In this document: positions 54,677-64,000 of the stretch, piece by piece
How positions within the stretch are numbered: position 1 is the stretch's first letter
Layout: each line of letters opens with the position of its first letter
Source: a bacterium
GTDB taxonomy: Bacteria > Patescibacteriota > Microgenomatia > UBA1400 > UBA12108
Direction of reading: 5' to 3'
Length of the DNA stretch: 64,000 nt
Assembly (NCBI GenBank): GCA_043827085.1
Contig: JBDRPO010000016.1
Span: 42,752 to 106,751 of the forward strand
Translations under genes and position numbers: made by a program
The notes under the pieces: model-generated
What the model was told of the DNA's origin: nothing
Databases searched by the model: none
The model's input: the letters and a program-made list of their open reading frames with translations, nothing else

Positions 54677-55528
54677 ATGTCTTGGCAACTATTTACCGCC
54701 ATCGGCGTATTGCTATATTCCGTAAACGGTCTTCTCCATCGTGTTCTCATGAAAGATCAGCATTCGGATCCGTATGCCCAAACAATCATGTTTGCGGGAC
54801 TAGTGGGGATATTTGGTTGGTTTATCCTCTGCTTCCGCGACATCTCTCTCCCGCCACTTACTCCGAATAATATTATTCTTCTCACCACCATTTCTATCCT
54901 GTCAGCTATCGGTGGAGTCTTTGCCTTTAAAGGTTTCAAGTATATTGAGGCCTCAGAGCACACCATCCTCCTCACTTCTTCCAAACTCTGGTCATTGCTC
55001 GGCGCCGTACTAATTTTAGGAGAAACCTTAACTTTCAAAAAATTACTCGGAGGACTTATTATCATTTCTGGGGTTTTGATTGCCGAGTGGCGCAAACACA
55101 AATTTGTCTTCAACACAGGTGCACTTTATGTACTCATCGCTGCCGCAAGTTACGCGCTTGGGGAAATACTCTCCTTTTTTGTCCTGCGTGACTTTGATAG
55201 TACTTCCTTTCTTGTCTTGAATTGTCTGATCATGGTAGTACTCATGCTCATAGCTAAGCCCAAGATAATCCCCAAATTTGCTTTTTATTCTAAACCAAAA
55301 AACTTAATTAACATTTTAATTGTCTCTTTCAACGACACTTTCGCCACACTCGCTGTCTTTTTCGCCTATCAGCTCGGTCGCAACGCCCTCCAAATTGGCC
55401 CTCTTATGGCCACTCAAACCATCGTCACCGTAATTCTCGCCCACATTTTCCTTCGCGAACGCGACAATCTTTTGCAAAAGTTTATTGGCGCCTCACTTGC
55501 CGTTATAGGGGCGATCATCGTGTTATGA
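54677..55528 (+). CDS. EamA/DMT-family transporter (second paralog)
   Basis: Ten TM helices with two EamA-like halves. Confidence 0.7.
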   Translation: MSWQLFTAIGVLLYSVNGLLHRVLMKDQHSDPYAQTIMFAGLVGIFGWFILCFRDISLPPLTPNNIILLTTISILSAIGGVFAFKGFKYIEASEHTILLTSSKLWSLLGAVLILGETLTFKKLLGGLIIISGVLIAEWRKHKFVFNTGALYVLIAAASYALGEILSFFVLRDFDSTSFLVLNCLIMVVLMLIAKPKIIPKFAFYSKPKNLINILIVSFNDTFATLAVFFAYQLGRNALQIGPLMATQTIVTVILAHIFLRERDNLLQKFIGASLAVIGAIIVL

Positions 55529-55584
55529 ATTTTATAGTCTCTATATTTGACTTACCTATAATAACTGGTATATCCTGATCTCAT

Positions 55585-56379
55585 ATGAATACAAAAAAAC
55601 TGTTGCTGCTAACGTTCCTAGTTATCTCTGTTTTTCTCTTTGCTCCCAAGCCATCAAAGGCCGTCGATTTCCAGGAAATATTTACCGCCGACGATTCATT
55701 CTTAGTTAGGCTTCAGGAAGAGCTTCAGTATTTTTTCGCCATTAAGTTAGAAAATAAAGTAGAAGTACTGGAGCAGCACGCAGAAAAACGCCTGACTATG
55801 GCTCAAGGTTACGCCGAGGCAGGTAATGGCGAAAAAGTCCAAAACCTCCTCCAAAATTATCTTCAGATTAAAGAAAAACAAAATAATTTACTGGGTAAAA
55901 CTGCGGGCGGGGAAGTATTAGGGGCAGTTGAAGAAAGAACCATCGAACAACAAAAAACCATGGAACAAATCAAGACAAAAATTGACGAAAATGGACAAGG
56001 GCAAGTCAGGCAAGTACAAGAACAAGTAGTCAATCAAGTCGCAGAGAGAATAGTCGTAGTCAATGGATCAGAGGGACAAAACGAATTCTTTCAAAAAGTT
56101 GAACACGTCTGGGCTCCAGGCACAGGTCCAGGAGGAACCGCCGGGGTAGTATACGAAGGAGGTTCCAAATTAATTTTTGCTCCAGGCACCTCAGCCGGAG
56201 GCAACGCAGGGTCCGACATCAAGACCGTAGAAGTCAAAACTGGTGGAGGTGAAGAGACTGGTTTACCCCCAGGAGTAACTGCCGGAGATGGCGACACAGC
56301 CCAAAATCATTATGCCCCAGGTACAACCGGTCCAGCAGATGGTAGTGGAGTCATGGATCCAGGTAAAATTGACAAGTAA
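55585..56379 (+). CDS. Secreted hypothetical protein with coiled-coil/Gln-rich region and APGT-type Gly/Pro repeats
   Basis: Signal peptide. Repeats APGTGPGGTAG / APGTSAGGNAG / APGTTGPADG. Confidence 0.45.
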   Translation: MNTKKLLLLTFLVISVFLFAPKPSKAVDFQEIFTADDSFLVRLQEELQYFFAIKLENKVEVLEQHAEKRLTMAQGYAEAGNGEKVQNLLQNYLQIKEKQNNLLGKTAGGEVLGAVEERTIEQQKTMEQIKTKIDENGQGQVRQVQEQVVNQVAERIVVVNGSEGQNEFFQKVEHVWAPGTGPGGTAGVVYEGGSKLIFAPGTSAGGNAGSDIKTVEVKTGGGEETGLPPGVTAGDGDTAQNHYAPGTTGPADGSGVMDPGKIDK

Positions 56380-56484
56380 TAGCTTATCAAAAGGCAAAAT
56401 TATGCCAGTCAAAAGCATCATCTGGCCCGCCATGCTCGTCTTCCAGGCTTTTCCCCTCTTGCATCTGTAAACGACAATCATGCA

Positions 56485-57081
56485 TTAAGTGTAGAAAAGC
56501 TTAGCTTTGACCAAGGCCGCGCGTTTACGTTCAGTAGTTACTTCTTGGATTTTGTTATATAGATCACGATCTTTAGCAATATGTCCTGAATTTACCCTCC
56601 ATAACTGATAAATGTCTTCAAGGAGTATGTTTATCTCTTCTATTTTAGTCGTGTCAGCCTCAGTAATGTCTTTCCACCGCTTGCTAAATTCTACTCTTTT
56701 CTCCGGATCTTTAAAGTCTAGGGGTCGAACTCTAGGTAGTTCCTCCCTTTCTTCAGGTTTATCCTTATTTAATTTAGCCTTCTTCCTGATCTCTTCTTTC
56801 CGTGCCCGTCTCGAGAGTTTAGTTAGTACAAACTGTTCGAGGAAATCCAATTTATTCCATTTATCATCACTATCAACTTGTAGACGGGTATGTTCAATTG
56901 CTAAGTTTACTAGCGGAATAAGAGGATGACACTCCAACATCGCCCCCGTCGCCAGATTCTCTCGATTTGCCCTATCCTCATCAGTTTCTTTTACTTTTGG
57001 TTGCAGTCTCTCTACCAACCCGCTCCACCACCCACCATTTTTACCTACAGAAACAGTCGTGCTATGAACAAGTTCCACCAT
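56485..57081 (-). CDS. Hypothetical protein (charged, helical)
   Basis: ORF with a Lys/Glu-rich central region. No recognisable domain. Confidence 0.4.
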   Translation of the reverse strand: MVELVHSTTVSVGKNGGWWSGLVERLQPKVKETDEDRANRENLATGAMLECHPLIPLVNLAIEHTRLQVDSDDKWNKLDFLEQFVLTKLSRRARKEEIRKKAKLNKDKPEEREELPRVRPLDFKDPEKRVEFSKRWKDITEADTTKIEEINILLEDIYQLWRVNSGHIAKDRDLYNKIQEVTTERKRAALVKAKLFYT

Positions 57082-57088
57082 ACGTGAA

Positions 57089-57640
57089 TTAATTTTCTAG
57101 GTCAGTAGGCATCGGCTCGGGCGGGAGAAATTCATCACCACCGTCTTTGGGAACGTACTGCTCAGCTTTGAGCCACTCCACGTACGTGCAACCCGTTGCC
57201 TCTTTTTTCTCGCGGTCCCAGCCTGCGGTAGAACACTTTTTCATTTTTTTGCCACTAGCTGTTGTATATAAAACAAGCTTCTTCCCACACTCTGGACAAT
57301 TTTCATCCAGCTTTTCTGTCGTACCATTGATCCACTCTATATAGTCACACCCCTCGGCTTTCTTGGTCTCCGCGTTCCACACATTGGTCGAACACTTTTT
57401 CATCTTTTTGCCAAACCTGGTCACGTTCAAGACTAGTGGTTTTCCGCACTTGGGGCATTTCTCGTCTAATTCTTTTGGTTGTACTTCAAGCCACTTTACA
57501 TAATCACAACCTTCATTTTTGTGTGTTTCCGGATTCCACGAGCCTTTTGAGCAGCGCTGCAACTGGCGGCCAGTCTTAGTTTCAGTGACTGGAGATAACT
57601 CGGCTCCACACTTTGGACATTTATCTTCCATGATTGTCAT
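57089..57640 (-). CDS. Protein of three tandem topoisomerase-type C4 zinc ribbons (YrdD-like)
   Basis: The module CP(K/E)CG..L....G....KCS...W.......GCDY..W is present three times. Confidence 0.65.
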   Translation of the reverse strand: MTIMEDKCPKCGAELSPVTETKTGRQLQRCSKGSWNPETHKNEGCDYVKWLEVQPKELDEKCPKCGKPLVLNVTRFGKKMKKCSTNVWNAETKKAEGCDYIEWINGTTEKLDENCPECGKKLVLYTTASGKKMKKCSTAGWDREKKEATGCTYVEWLKAEQYVPKDGGDEFLPPEPMPTDLEN

Positions 57641-57650
57641 AATAGATGGT

Positions 57651-57911
57651 ATGTCCTACTTTGTCTATATGCTAATTTGTGAAGACGGGAGTTACTATCT
57701 CGGATCTACCAATGATGTTAATAAGCGTTTTGCCGCCCACCTTGCCGGCCGTGGTGCCAGCTATACTCGTAGTCACAAACCAATCAAAATCGTTTACAGA
57801 GAAGAGTTGTCGGACAAGTCCAACGCTCTCCGCCGCGAACACGAACTCAAAAAACTTACTCATGTCCAAAAAGCTATTTTGCTACGTAAAAAGTGTGACC
57901 CCAAACCTTAA
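57651..57911 (+). CDS. GIY-YIG nuclease-family protein (UPF0213/YhbQ-like)
   Basis: YFVYMLICEDGSYYLGSTNDVNKRFAAHLAGRGASYTR...REHELKK is a GIY-YIG motif set. The start is at the internal ATG, divergent from the zinc-ribbon gene. Confidence 0.7.
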   Translation: MSYFVYMLICEDGSYYLGSTNDVNKRFAAHLAGRGASYTRSHKPIKIVYREELSDKSNALRREHELKKLTHVQKAILLRKKCDPKP

Positions 57912-58506
57912 GTCTATTTACACTTGTAAAAACGCCATTTAATAATTTTTCGAAACAAACAAAATCATCTTCTCGGAAACTATGCGAGGCATAATTAAAT
58001 ATCGCCTGCCCATCTAGTGTTATTGCGCGCTTGACATCACTCAAAAATCTTTTTGTTTCCACAAACTTGGGTACCCCATCCCCGCTGTACAAATCCACAA
58101 TTACCAACTCATATCGCTGTTTATTCCGTTTCACATATGTTTTTGCATCTTCTGTAACTATCTGCAGCTTCTCGTTCGGGATAATTCCGAAATAATCTTT
58201 TGCCACTCTGACCACTTCTGCCTCTAGTTCTACTACCACAATTTTCCCGTGGGTATGTTGGCTCGTTAATTGTTTTACTACATCTCCTCCACCTAACCCC
58301 AATAGCAATACATTTTTTGCCTTTCCTCTTCTTTCTAATACCTTTTTCCAAATCCTCCTATACAGACTCCCTGATTGGGGATAACCGTTGAGATCCATTT
58401 TTCTCTGTCCACAAGCCTCACGCACTTCAATTGAGGTGGATCTTACGGTCTTACCGTGGTAGAGGGTGAGGGGAATAAGGTAAGAAATCCAAGTCATATG
58501 TAGCAA
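57874..58506 (-). CDS. Spermidine-synthase-like / class I SAM-dependent methyltransferase-fold protein
   Basis: VLLLGLGGGDVVKQL, IVVVELEAEVV and VIVDLYSGDG are PABS/MTase-like motifs. Confidence 0.55.
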   Translation of the reverse strand: MLHMTWISYLIPLTLYHGKTVRSTSIEVREACGQRKMDLNGYPQSGSLYRRIWKKVLERRGKAKNVLLLGLGGGDVVKQLTSQHTHGKIVVVELEAEVVRVAKDYFGIIPNEKLQIVTEDAKTYVKRNKQRYELVIVDLYSGDGVPKFVETKRFLSDVKRAITLDGQAIFNYASHSFREDDFVCFEKLLNGVFTSVNRLKVWGHTFYVAK

Positions 58507-58535
58507 TATTATACTTTTTCAGGCACAATTGATGT

Positions 58536-59813
58536 ATGAAGAAAGGCATTAAAGAATTTTTCAAAAGTGTCGGACCCGGAGTGATCACGGGTGCCGCCGA
58601 CGACGACCCCTCTGGCATCGCTACCTACAGCCAAACTGGTGCTCAGTTTGGTCTTGGCCAACTATGGACTGCCGTTTACATGCTTCCGTTTCTAGTTTCA
58701 GTCCAAGAAGCCTGTGCTCGGATTGGTGCCGTCACCGGCCATGGCTTATCTTACGCCGTCAAAAAGCACTTTAGTCGTAAAGTGCTAATGTTCATGGTGA
58801 TTTTAGTTTTGGTTTCCAATACGATCAACATCGGTGCCAACATCGGTGCTATGGCTGCCTCGCTCCAGCTTGTGACTCCCCTTACCTTCACCCCCCTTGC
58901 CCTCATTGTCACCGTGTCAATTCTGATCCTCGAAATTTTTACCTCCTACCGTGTTTACTCTCGCCTACTCAAGTGGCTCGCCCTCACTCTCTTTGCCTAT
59001 CCACTCACTCTCTTCATCATTCAAGCGTCTTGGGCAGCTATCCTTCCCGCTACCTTTATCCCACATATTGAGTTTAACTTTGCCTTTTTCTTTATCATCA
59101 CCGGCGTTCTCGGGACCACTATCTCACCTTTTATGTTTTTCTGGCAAGCATCGGAGGAGGTAGAAGAAGAACGGTCTCAAAAAATGATCAAATATGGTAT
59201 TCCTCACCTCACCGCTCGTTTCATCCGCTCTCTCCGCTTTGACAATTTTATCGGTATGCTCTTTTCCGAACTTGGCACCTGGTCGATCATCATTGTCGCC
59301 GCCACGGTCTTGCATAATAGTGGGGTAACCGATATTAGGACTGCCGCCGACGCCGCAGCTGCCCTCGAACCTCTCGTCCACACTTTTCCCAATGCTGGTT
59401 ATTTGTCCAAATTATTGTTTACTACCGGTATCGTGGGTTTGGGATTTCTCGCTATTCCCGTTATGTCTGGCTCCGCTGCCTATGCCCTCGCCGAAGCCTT
59501 CAATTTTCGTGACGGTTTAAACCTGAAACTAAAGCAAGCACACGGCTTTTATGGCGCCATCACTCTTGCGACTTTGATTGGTCTCCTCATCAACTATATA
59601 GGGATCGATCCGATGAAAGCTCTGGTCTATGCCGCCGTCCTCAATGGTTTTGTAGCCGTCCCGCTCATCTTCCTCATCGGCAAAATCAGCAGTGATAAAA
59701 ATATCATGGGAAAATACAGGAGCGGGTTTCTTTCCCGCTCCTTTATTTGGTTGACTTTTATCGGTATGTCTTTTGCCGCTGCCGGGACCATCTACATGCT
59801 CTTAGTTCGCTAA
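58536..59813 (+). CDS. NRAMP-family divalent metal transporter (MntH-like)
   Basis: GPGVITGAADDDPSGIATYSQ...GAQFG and ~11 TM helices. Confidence 0.75.
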   Translation: MKKGIKEFFKSVGPGVITGAADDDPSGIATYSQTGAQFGLGQLWTAVYMLPFLVSVQEACARIGAVTGHGLSYAVKKHFSRKVLMFMVILVLVSNTINIGANIGAMAASLQLVTPLTFTPLALIVTVSILILEIFTSYRVYSRLLKWLALTLFAYPLTLFIIQASWAAILPATFIPHIEFNFAFFFIITGVLGTTISPFMFFWQASEEVEEERSQKMIKYGIPHLTARFIRSLRFDNFIGMLFSELGTWSIIIVAATVLHNSGVTDIRTAADAAAALEPLVHTFPNAGYLSKLLFTTGIVGLGFLAIPVMSGSAAYALAEAFNFRDGLNLKLKQAHGFYGAITLATLIGLLINYIGIDPMKALVYAAVLNGFVAVPLIFLIGKISSDKNIMGKYRSGFLSRSFIWLTFIGMSFAAAGTIYMLLVR

Positions 59814-60101
59814 ACTCCCCACCCTGTATTTTGCCAGTAGTTGTCTCGGTATCTGTGAATGTATGTGCCCCATCGCCGACTTGCCACTAAACAAATCGCT
59901 CGCATCCTTTCCACATGCCTGCAAAATCCTTCCACCACCCGGATGCAACGACACATAACCAGATACGTTATAAACTTGACCTTCGATTACAGTCCAACAA
60001 TCACTAGAACTTGTATGTTGGGTAACTTCTGCCAGACTTATTGCCTCCTGCTGAGTTGGGGTTGGAGAAGGGGAGGGGAAAGGGAGTAGATTTATTTGCA
60101 C
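59802..60101 (-). CDS. Cytochrome b5-like heme-binding domain protein (apparent frameshift versus the upstream signal-peptide ORF)
   Basis: DCWTVIEGQVYNVSGYVSLHPGG is a cyt-b5 motif. A signal-peptide ORF (MMKKSYLAVVIVGGLSLLGVVLA..., minus strand 60007-60174, with the MMKK start at 60174) is in a different frame and joins across a C-rich tract. Confidence 0.6.
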   Translation of the reverse strand: MQINLLPFPSPSPTPTQQEAISLAEVTQHTSSSDCWTVIEGQVYNVSGYVSLHPGGGRILQACGKDASDLFSGKSAMGHIHSQIPRQLLAKYRVGSLAN

Positions 60102-60173
60102 TTTTTGCCAAAACCACTCCTAGTAAACTCAACCCTCCAACTATCACCACTGCCAAATAACTTTTTTTCATCA

Positions 60174-60632
60174 TTAATTATTCCCGGTTTGTCCCCGCAT
60201 TACTGGGTTTAACTCTATACTTGTCGCTGTCGTGCTCCCATCAGCATTATGTGTCCCTTGTATCGCCACGCTCTTGCCGACTTGCAGCTCGTCTGCGGTT
60301 GTCTCACTTGCCATGCGGTACGTTGTAGTGCTAGAGAGGATTACTATCTTACTACTCCCATCAGGCAATTTTACCGTCATGCTCTTATCGTCTTTAGCCG
60401 TAACCTCTCCGACTACCGCTCCGCCTCTCATCATTTCAATTCCGGGTTGTGCTGATCCACCTACGCTTCGTGTGACATTATTACTATTTTGAGTATTCCC
60501 AGTTCGATTTCCTATCTGTCCAAAACGGTCATTGCGCTGATTCTGGGAATATTTAGTTCCTCCCCAAAATCCTCCTCCTCCCGCAACCACTGCGGTTAGT
60601 GCCACCGCCAAAATCAAATTAGTATTCTTCAT
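60174..60632 (-). CDS. Secreted hypothetical protein (signal peptide, Gly/Asn/Thr-rich)
   Basis: N-terminal signal sequence. No recognisable domain. Confidence 0.45.
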   Translation of the reverse strand: MKNTNLILAVALTAVVAGGGGFWGGTKYSQNQRNDRFGQIGNRTGNTQNSNNVTRSVGGSAQPGIEMMRGGAVVGEVTAKDDKSMTVKLPDGSSKIVILSSTTTYRMASETTADELQVGKSVAIQGTHNADGSTTATSIELNPVMRGQTGNN

Positions 60633-60691
60633 AAGATCTCCTCTAACAATTATTATTTAAATAATATAAGAATTATCTGAAATTACGCTGA

Positions 60692-61924
60692 CTATTCGTA
60701 TCTGAGTGCCTCAATTGGCTGGAGCGATGCTGCTTTGCGGGCTGGATACCAACCAAAAATTATTCCGATTATAGTAGAGACAGCAAACGCCAAAAATACT
60801 GATGAAACCGAAACTACAAACAATCCAGAAGTACTCGTTGCATATATATAAGCAAGAAGAATACCTAAAAGTATTCCGATAAGCCCACCAGTAAAGGTAA
60901 GGATTACCGCCTCCATCAAGAATTGCGTAATAATCAAACGATCCTTGGCACCCAATGCTTTGCGTAGTCCAATCTCCCGCGTTCGCTCAGTCACTGTCAC
61001 AAGCATAATATTCATAATTCCTATTCCTCCCACGAGTAGTGATATAGCCGCCACTCCCGAAAGTAAGCTCGTCAATGTTCCCGTTACTGAGCTCACCGCA
61101 TTTAACATATCTTGTTGGTTGCGGATCGAAAAATCAGCTTTTGTTGTATCAGAGATATGATGTCTCTCCATCAGAGTGTATCCTATTTGATTCATTGCCT
61201 GGGTCATAACATCTTCACTATTTGTCTCTACAATTATCGAACTTAGGTATTTCACCCCAAACAGTTTCTTTTGTGCCGTAGAGAGAGGGATGTAAATGAT
61301 ATCGTCTTGGTTTGACATACCACTGCCACCTTTTTGTTCCGTCACTCCAATTATAGAGAAATTGAGTGCTCCAATCCGGATAGACTGTCCCACCGCATCG
61401 GTATCAAGCGCATTATCTCCCCATAGACCAGTGAGTACTGTGGGGCCAATTATCGCTACGTTCGTATTTGCATCAAGATCATTCTTTGTGATGTTGCCAC
61501 CTGTTGCCACTTTAATATTTCTTGCACTCAAATATTCTGGGGTTATTCCTGTAATAGAAGTATTTGTATTACTATCACCGTAAACAACTTGTGAACGAGC
61601 AGTATAAGTCGGTAAAACCGTTTTAAGCGCAGTTAATGTTTGGTCAGAGGAGAGAGCTTTGGCATCATCATAAGTCAAAGTTGTTCCCCCCCCTTGAGCT
61701 CCTCTCACCAGTCCAGTCCTCTGTGCTCCCGGACTCACGGTCAGGATATTTGACCCAAGAGATTGAATTTGAGCAGTAATAGATTTCTGGCTTGCTTCAC
61801 CAATTGAAAGAAGTGCAATCACACTGCCTATACCTATCACGATCCCAAGCATTGCAAGTCCTGTTCTCATTTTATTGAGGAGTAGGGTACCGACACTTTC
61901 GCTAAATAGTTCTTTGTAATCCAT
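60692..61924 (-). CDS. ABC transporter permease, MacB/FtsX-like
   Basis: One TM, a large periplasmic domain, then the three-TM FtsX domain (REIGLRKALGA). Confidence 0.85.
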   Translation of the reverse strand: MDYKELFSESVGTLLLNKMRTGLAMLGIVIGIGSVIALLSIGEASQKSITAQIQSLGSNILTVSPGAQRTGLVRGAQGGGTTLTYDDAKALSSDQTLTALKTVLPTYTARSQVVYGDSNTNTSITGITPEYLSARNIKVATGGNITKNDLDANTNVAIIGPTVLTGLWGDNALDTDAVGQSIRIGALNFSIIGVTEQKGGSGMSNQDDIIYIPLSTAQKKLFGVKYLSSIIVETNSEDVMTQAMNQIGYTLMERHHISDTTKADFSIRNQQDMLNAVSSVTGTLTSLLSGVAAISLLVGGIGIMNIMLVTVTERTREIGLRKALGAKDRLIITQFLMEAVILTFTGGLIGILLGILLAYIYATSTSGLFVVSVSSVFLAFAVSTIIGIIFGWYPARKAASLQPIEALRYE

Positions 61925-62649
61925 TATTTTTTATTCCCCGACAGACTGAATTTATGCAAATTGTCGCCAATTAATTTCCCATCTTTGATAGTAATAACTC
62001 TCTTGGCATGCTCGGCGATATCTAGCTCATGTGTAATTATCACCATGGTGTGTCCATCTTTGTTTAATTTATCAAATATCTCCATTATTTCTTCAGCCTG
62101 CGCAGAAGCAATATTGCCGGTTGGTTCATCAGCTAAAATCATGGCTGGGTTCATGGAGAGCGCTCGTGCTATAGCTACTCGTTGTTGTTGTCCACCAGAG
62201 AGCTGATTAGTTAAATGATAAATTCTGTCCTGAAGTCCCACAAGTGTTAGGTATTTAACCGCGCGCGCTTTGCACTCTGCAACTGGTATATCACCGTAAC
62301 GCATAGGCAACATGACATTTTTCAAACAACTCGTACGAGGTAATAGATTATATGCCTGGAAAACAAATCCGATTTTTCGGTTACGAATATCTGCTAGCTC
62401 ATCACCTGACATTTTCTCTACGTTTTGACCATCTAGTTTGTAAACTCCACTTGTTGGTTGGTCTAGACATCCAAGTATGTGCATCAATGTACTCTTCCCC
62501 GATCCCGATGGACCCATGATTGCCACATACTCTCCTCGCTTAATATGAAAACTAACTTTATCTAGTGCGACAGTCTGCACTTCGCCAACCTGGTAAATTT
62601 TACTAATATCTTTGATATCTATTATGGTGCTAGCATTTCTATTAGTCAT
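61924..62649 (-). CDS. ABC transporter ATP-binding protein (MacB/LolD-type)
   Basis: GPSGSGKSTL, LSGGQQQRVAIARAL and ILADEPTGN. Confidence 0.9.
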   Translation of the reverse strand: MTNRNASTIIDIKDISKIYQVGEVQTVALDKVSFHIKRGEYVAIMGPSGSGKSTLMHILGCLDQPTSGVYKLDGQNVEKMSGDELADIRNRKIGFVFQAYNLLPRTSCLKNVMLPMRYGDIPVAECKARAVKYLTLVGLQDRIYHLTNQLSGGQQQRVAIARALSMNPAMILADEPTGNIASAQAEEIMEIFDKLNKDGHTMVIITHELDIAEHAKRVITIKDGKLIGDNLHKFSLSGNKK

Positions 62650-63935
62650 TAAAATCCTGGCATGCCCATACCACCTTGCCGAGTGTTGTCAAAAGCTGAA
62701 GTAGTATTACTATTTTTTACGCTAATGCTACTGCCAGTAACGATAGCATCCCCCTCAGATAGTCCACTGACAATAACTGTTTGAGTGTCATTTGTCGCTC
62801 CAGTTTCCACGGAAGTCGTGACAGGTTTTTTATCTTTCATGATTTGTATAGTACTCACTCCATCAGTTGTAGTCAGTGCGGTAGAAGCAACTAGCAATAC
62901 ATCTGTCTCTATGTTCGTTATTATCGTCGCCGAAACCGACATATTGGGATATATTGGCAACTCTGTTGGATCCATCAGGATAGTCGCCGGGTAAGAACTC
63001 ACTCCGGAACTAGATGTGCCAGACACATCGACCGCCAATACCTTGCCCGTAAATGACTTGTCACTATGTGCATCCATTGTAATATTTACCTTTTGCCCAG
63101 CCTGAACTTTTGGAGCATCTACCTCAGTCAAGCTTACTTTTGCCTGATACTGATTGTTGGCCGATCGCACAAAGCCTATTGTCTGGCTACTAGCATAAGT
63201 TGATCCTGTCGTTGTGCTCTGACTTGTACTTGCTGTCATGGTGCTACCCGCGGTAAGCGTGAGATTATTGATGATCCCGTCAGCTGGCGCCACGATCGAA
63301 CCACTTACATCTTGGTAATCAAGATACGCTGCTTGTTGACTAATTTTTGCAGCACTGATAACCGAATCCGCATTAGCGAATTCGGCAGCAGATACATCGA
63401 AAGCAAGTTTTGCTTGCGTCACCACCTCTTCTTTTTGGTGTTTTTCATCATCTGTGAGTCCTGTCAAATTTTCAATATGACTAATAGTATCCTCAGCATC
63501 GATGATTGATTGTCTATCTTTCCAAATCTGGATAGAAGTATCTTGTTTATCTTTCATCGCTGATACGACTGCTTCTTGAGTCCTAAGATATGCTTGCCAA
63601 GCACTCGATCTTCGCTCTATTCCATCAGAATCTAGAGTAATATCCAAAATTTTTTGTCCTTTTTTAACAAGATCGCCATTCTTTACGTAGACTTTAGTTA
63701 CCGTCCCACTAGCTTTTGTTGAAATATTAGTTGTATTACCAGCCGTTATCGACCCAGTTGCCGCAATACTCGTGATTAGCGTCCCCTTGATCACAGTTCC
63801 CGTCTGATAGGCCACAGCACTCGTTTTAACGAATAGTTTTGTATACCCGAAGTATCCCCCTATCAAAAGCACCGCCACCAAAGCCAATTTGATATACCAC
63901 CTCGCATTTTTAAGCCAGTTCATTATCTTAATCAT
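62649..63935 (-). CDS. HlyD/MacA-family periplasmic adaptor (membrane fusion) protein
   Basis: N-terminal TM, coiled-coil hairpin, lipoyl and beta-barrel regions, with a Thr/Ser-rich C-terminus. Confidence 0.75.
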   Translation of the reverse strand: MIKIMNWLKNARWYIKLALVAVLLIGGYFGYTKLFVKTSAVAYQTGTVIKGTLITSIAATGSITAGNTTNISTKASGTVTKVYVKNGDLVKKGQKILDITLDSDGIERRSSAWQAYLRTQEAVVSAMKDKQDTSIQIWKDRQSIIDAEDTISHIENLTGLTDDEKHQKEEVVTQAKLAFDVSAAEFANADSVISAAKISQQAAYLDYQDVSGSIVAPADGIINNLTLTAGSTMTASTSQSTTTGSTYASSQTIGFVRSANNQYQAKVSLTEVDAPKVQAGQKVNITMDAHSDKSFTGKVLAVDVSGTSSSGVSSYPATILMDPTELPIYPNMSVSATIITNIETDVLLVASTALTTTDGVSTIQIMKDKKPVTTSVETGATNDTQTVIVSGLSEGDAIVTGSSISVKNSNTTSAFDNTRQGGMGMPGF

Positions 63936-64000
63936 ATAATTGTATCCTGAAGTTTCGCTGAATAGGGGAGGGTAATTATGACGCTAATTCCTTTTCCTAT

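Noticed and set aside
59124-59392. Minus-strand ORFs (85 and 62 aa) inside the NRAMP transporter gene.
   Set aside because: They are antisense to a convincing 11-TM NRAMP gene.
1-64000. CRISPR arrays, rRNA genes, and transposase or integrase genes.
   Set aside because: No regularly spaced direct repeats, no rRNA-like conserved stretches and no transposase or integrase motifs were seen anywhere in the window.

Overview
This 64 kb window reads as a reduced-genome bacterium, probably CPR/Patescibacteria-like (inferred from the absence of L30, the compact RNase P RNA and weak Shine-Dalgarno sites). The first ~16 kb is the conserved S10-spc-alpha ribosomal superoperon: the tuf 3' end, then rpsJ through rplO, secY, adk, map, infA, rpmJ, rpsM/K/D, rpoA, rplQ/M and rpsI. 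After that come recA-recX, rny (RNase Y), hup, two ABC-2 exporter gene sets, miaA, several membrane and secreted proteins, secD/secF, an antisense RNase P RNA, cca, recJ, a dacA-like gene, and three compact aaRS genes (aspS, gltX, proS). A probable T-box leader lies upstream of a CsaA-proS operon, and a MacAB/HlyD-like efflux locus sits at the 3' end. The most interesting region is an AT-rich, tRNA-adjacent block at about 47.8-53.9 kb. It holds a tightly overlapping four-gene minus-strand operon: a CYTH/VTC-like protein, a kinase-like or adenylating-fold protein, an unknown-N-terminus plus ADP-ribosylglycohydrolase fusion, and a YfcE-like metallophosphoesterase. A truncated alpha/beta-hydrolase pseudogene and a NUDIX hydrolase sit next to it. 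A second notable signal is a REP/MITE-like family of palindromic repeats with 13-bp terminal inverted repeats and a conserved core. There are five copies at gene 3' ends, and one copy is embedded in the secD coding end. Other points are a disrupted adk locus (truncated adk, 3x16-bp tandem repeat, perfect palindrome, then a second complete adk), identical 24-bp leader repeats before a TrpR-like gene and recJ, and a wHTH-nucleotidyltransferase with an overlapping AbrB/MazE-like mini-ORF. All functional calls rest on motif recognition by eye. No database searches were run.
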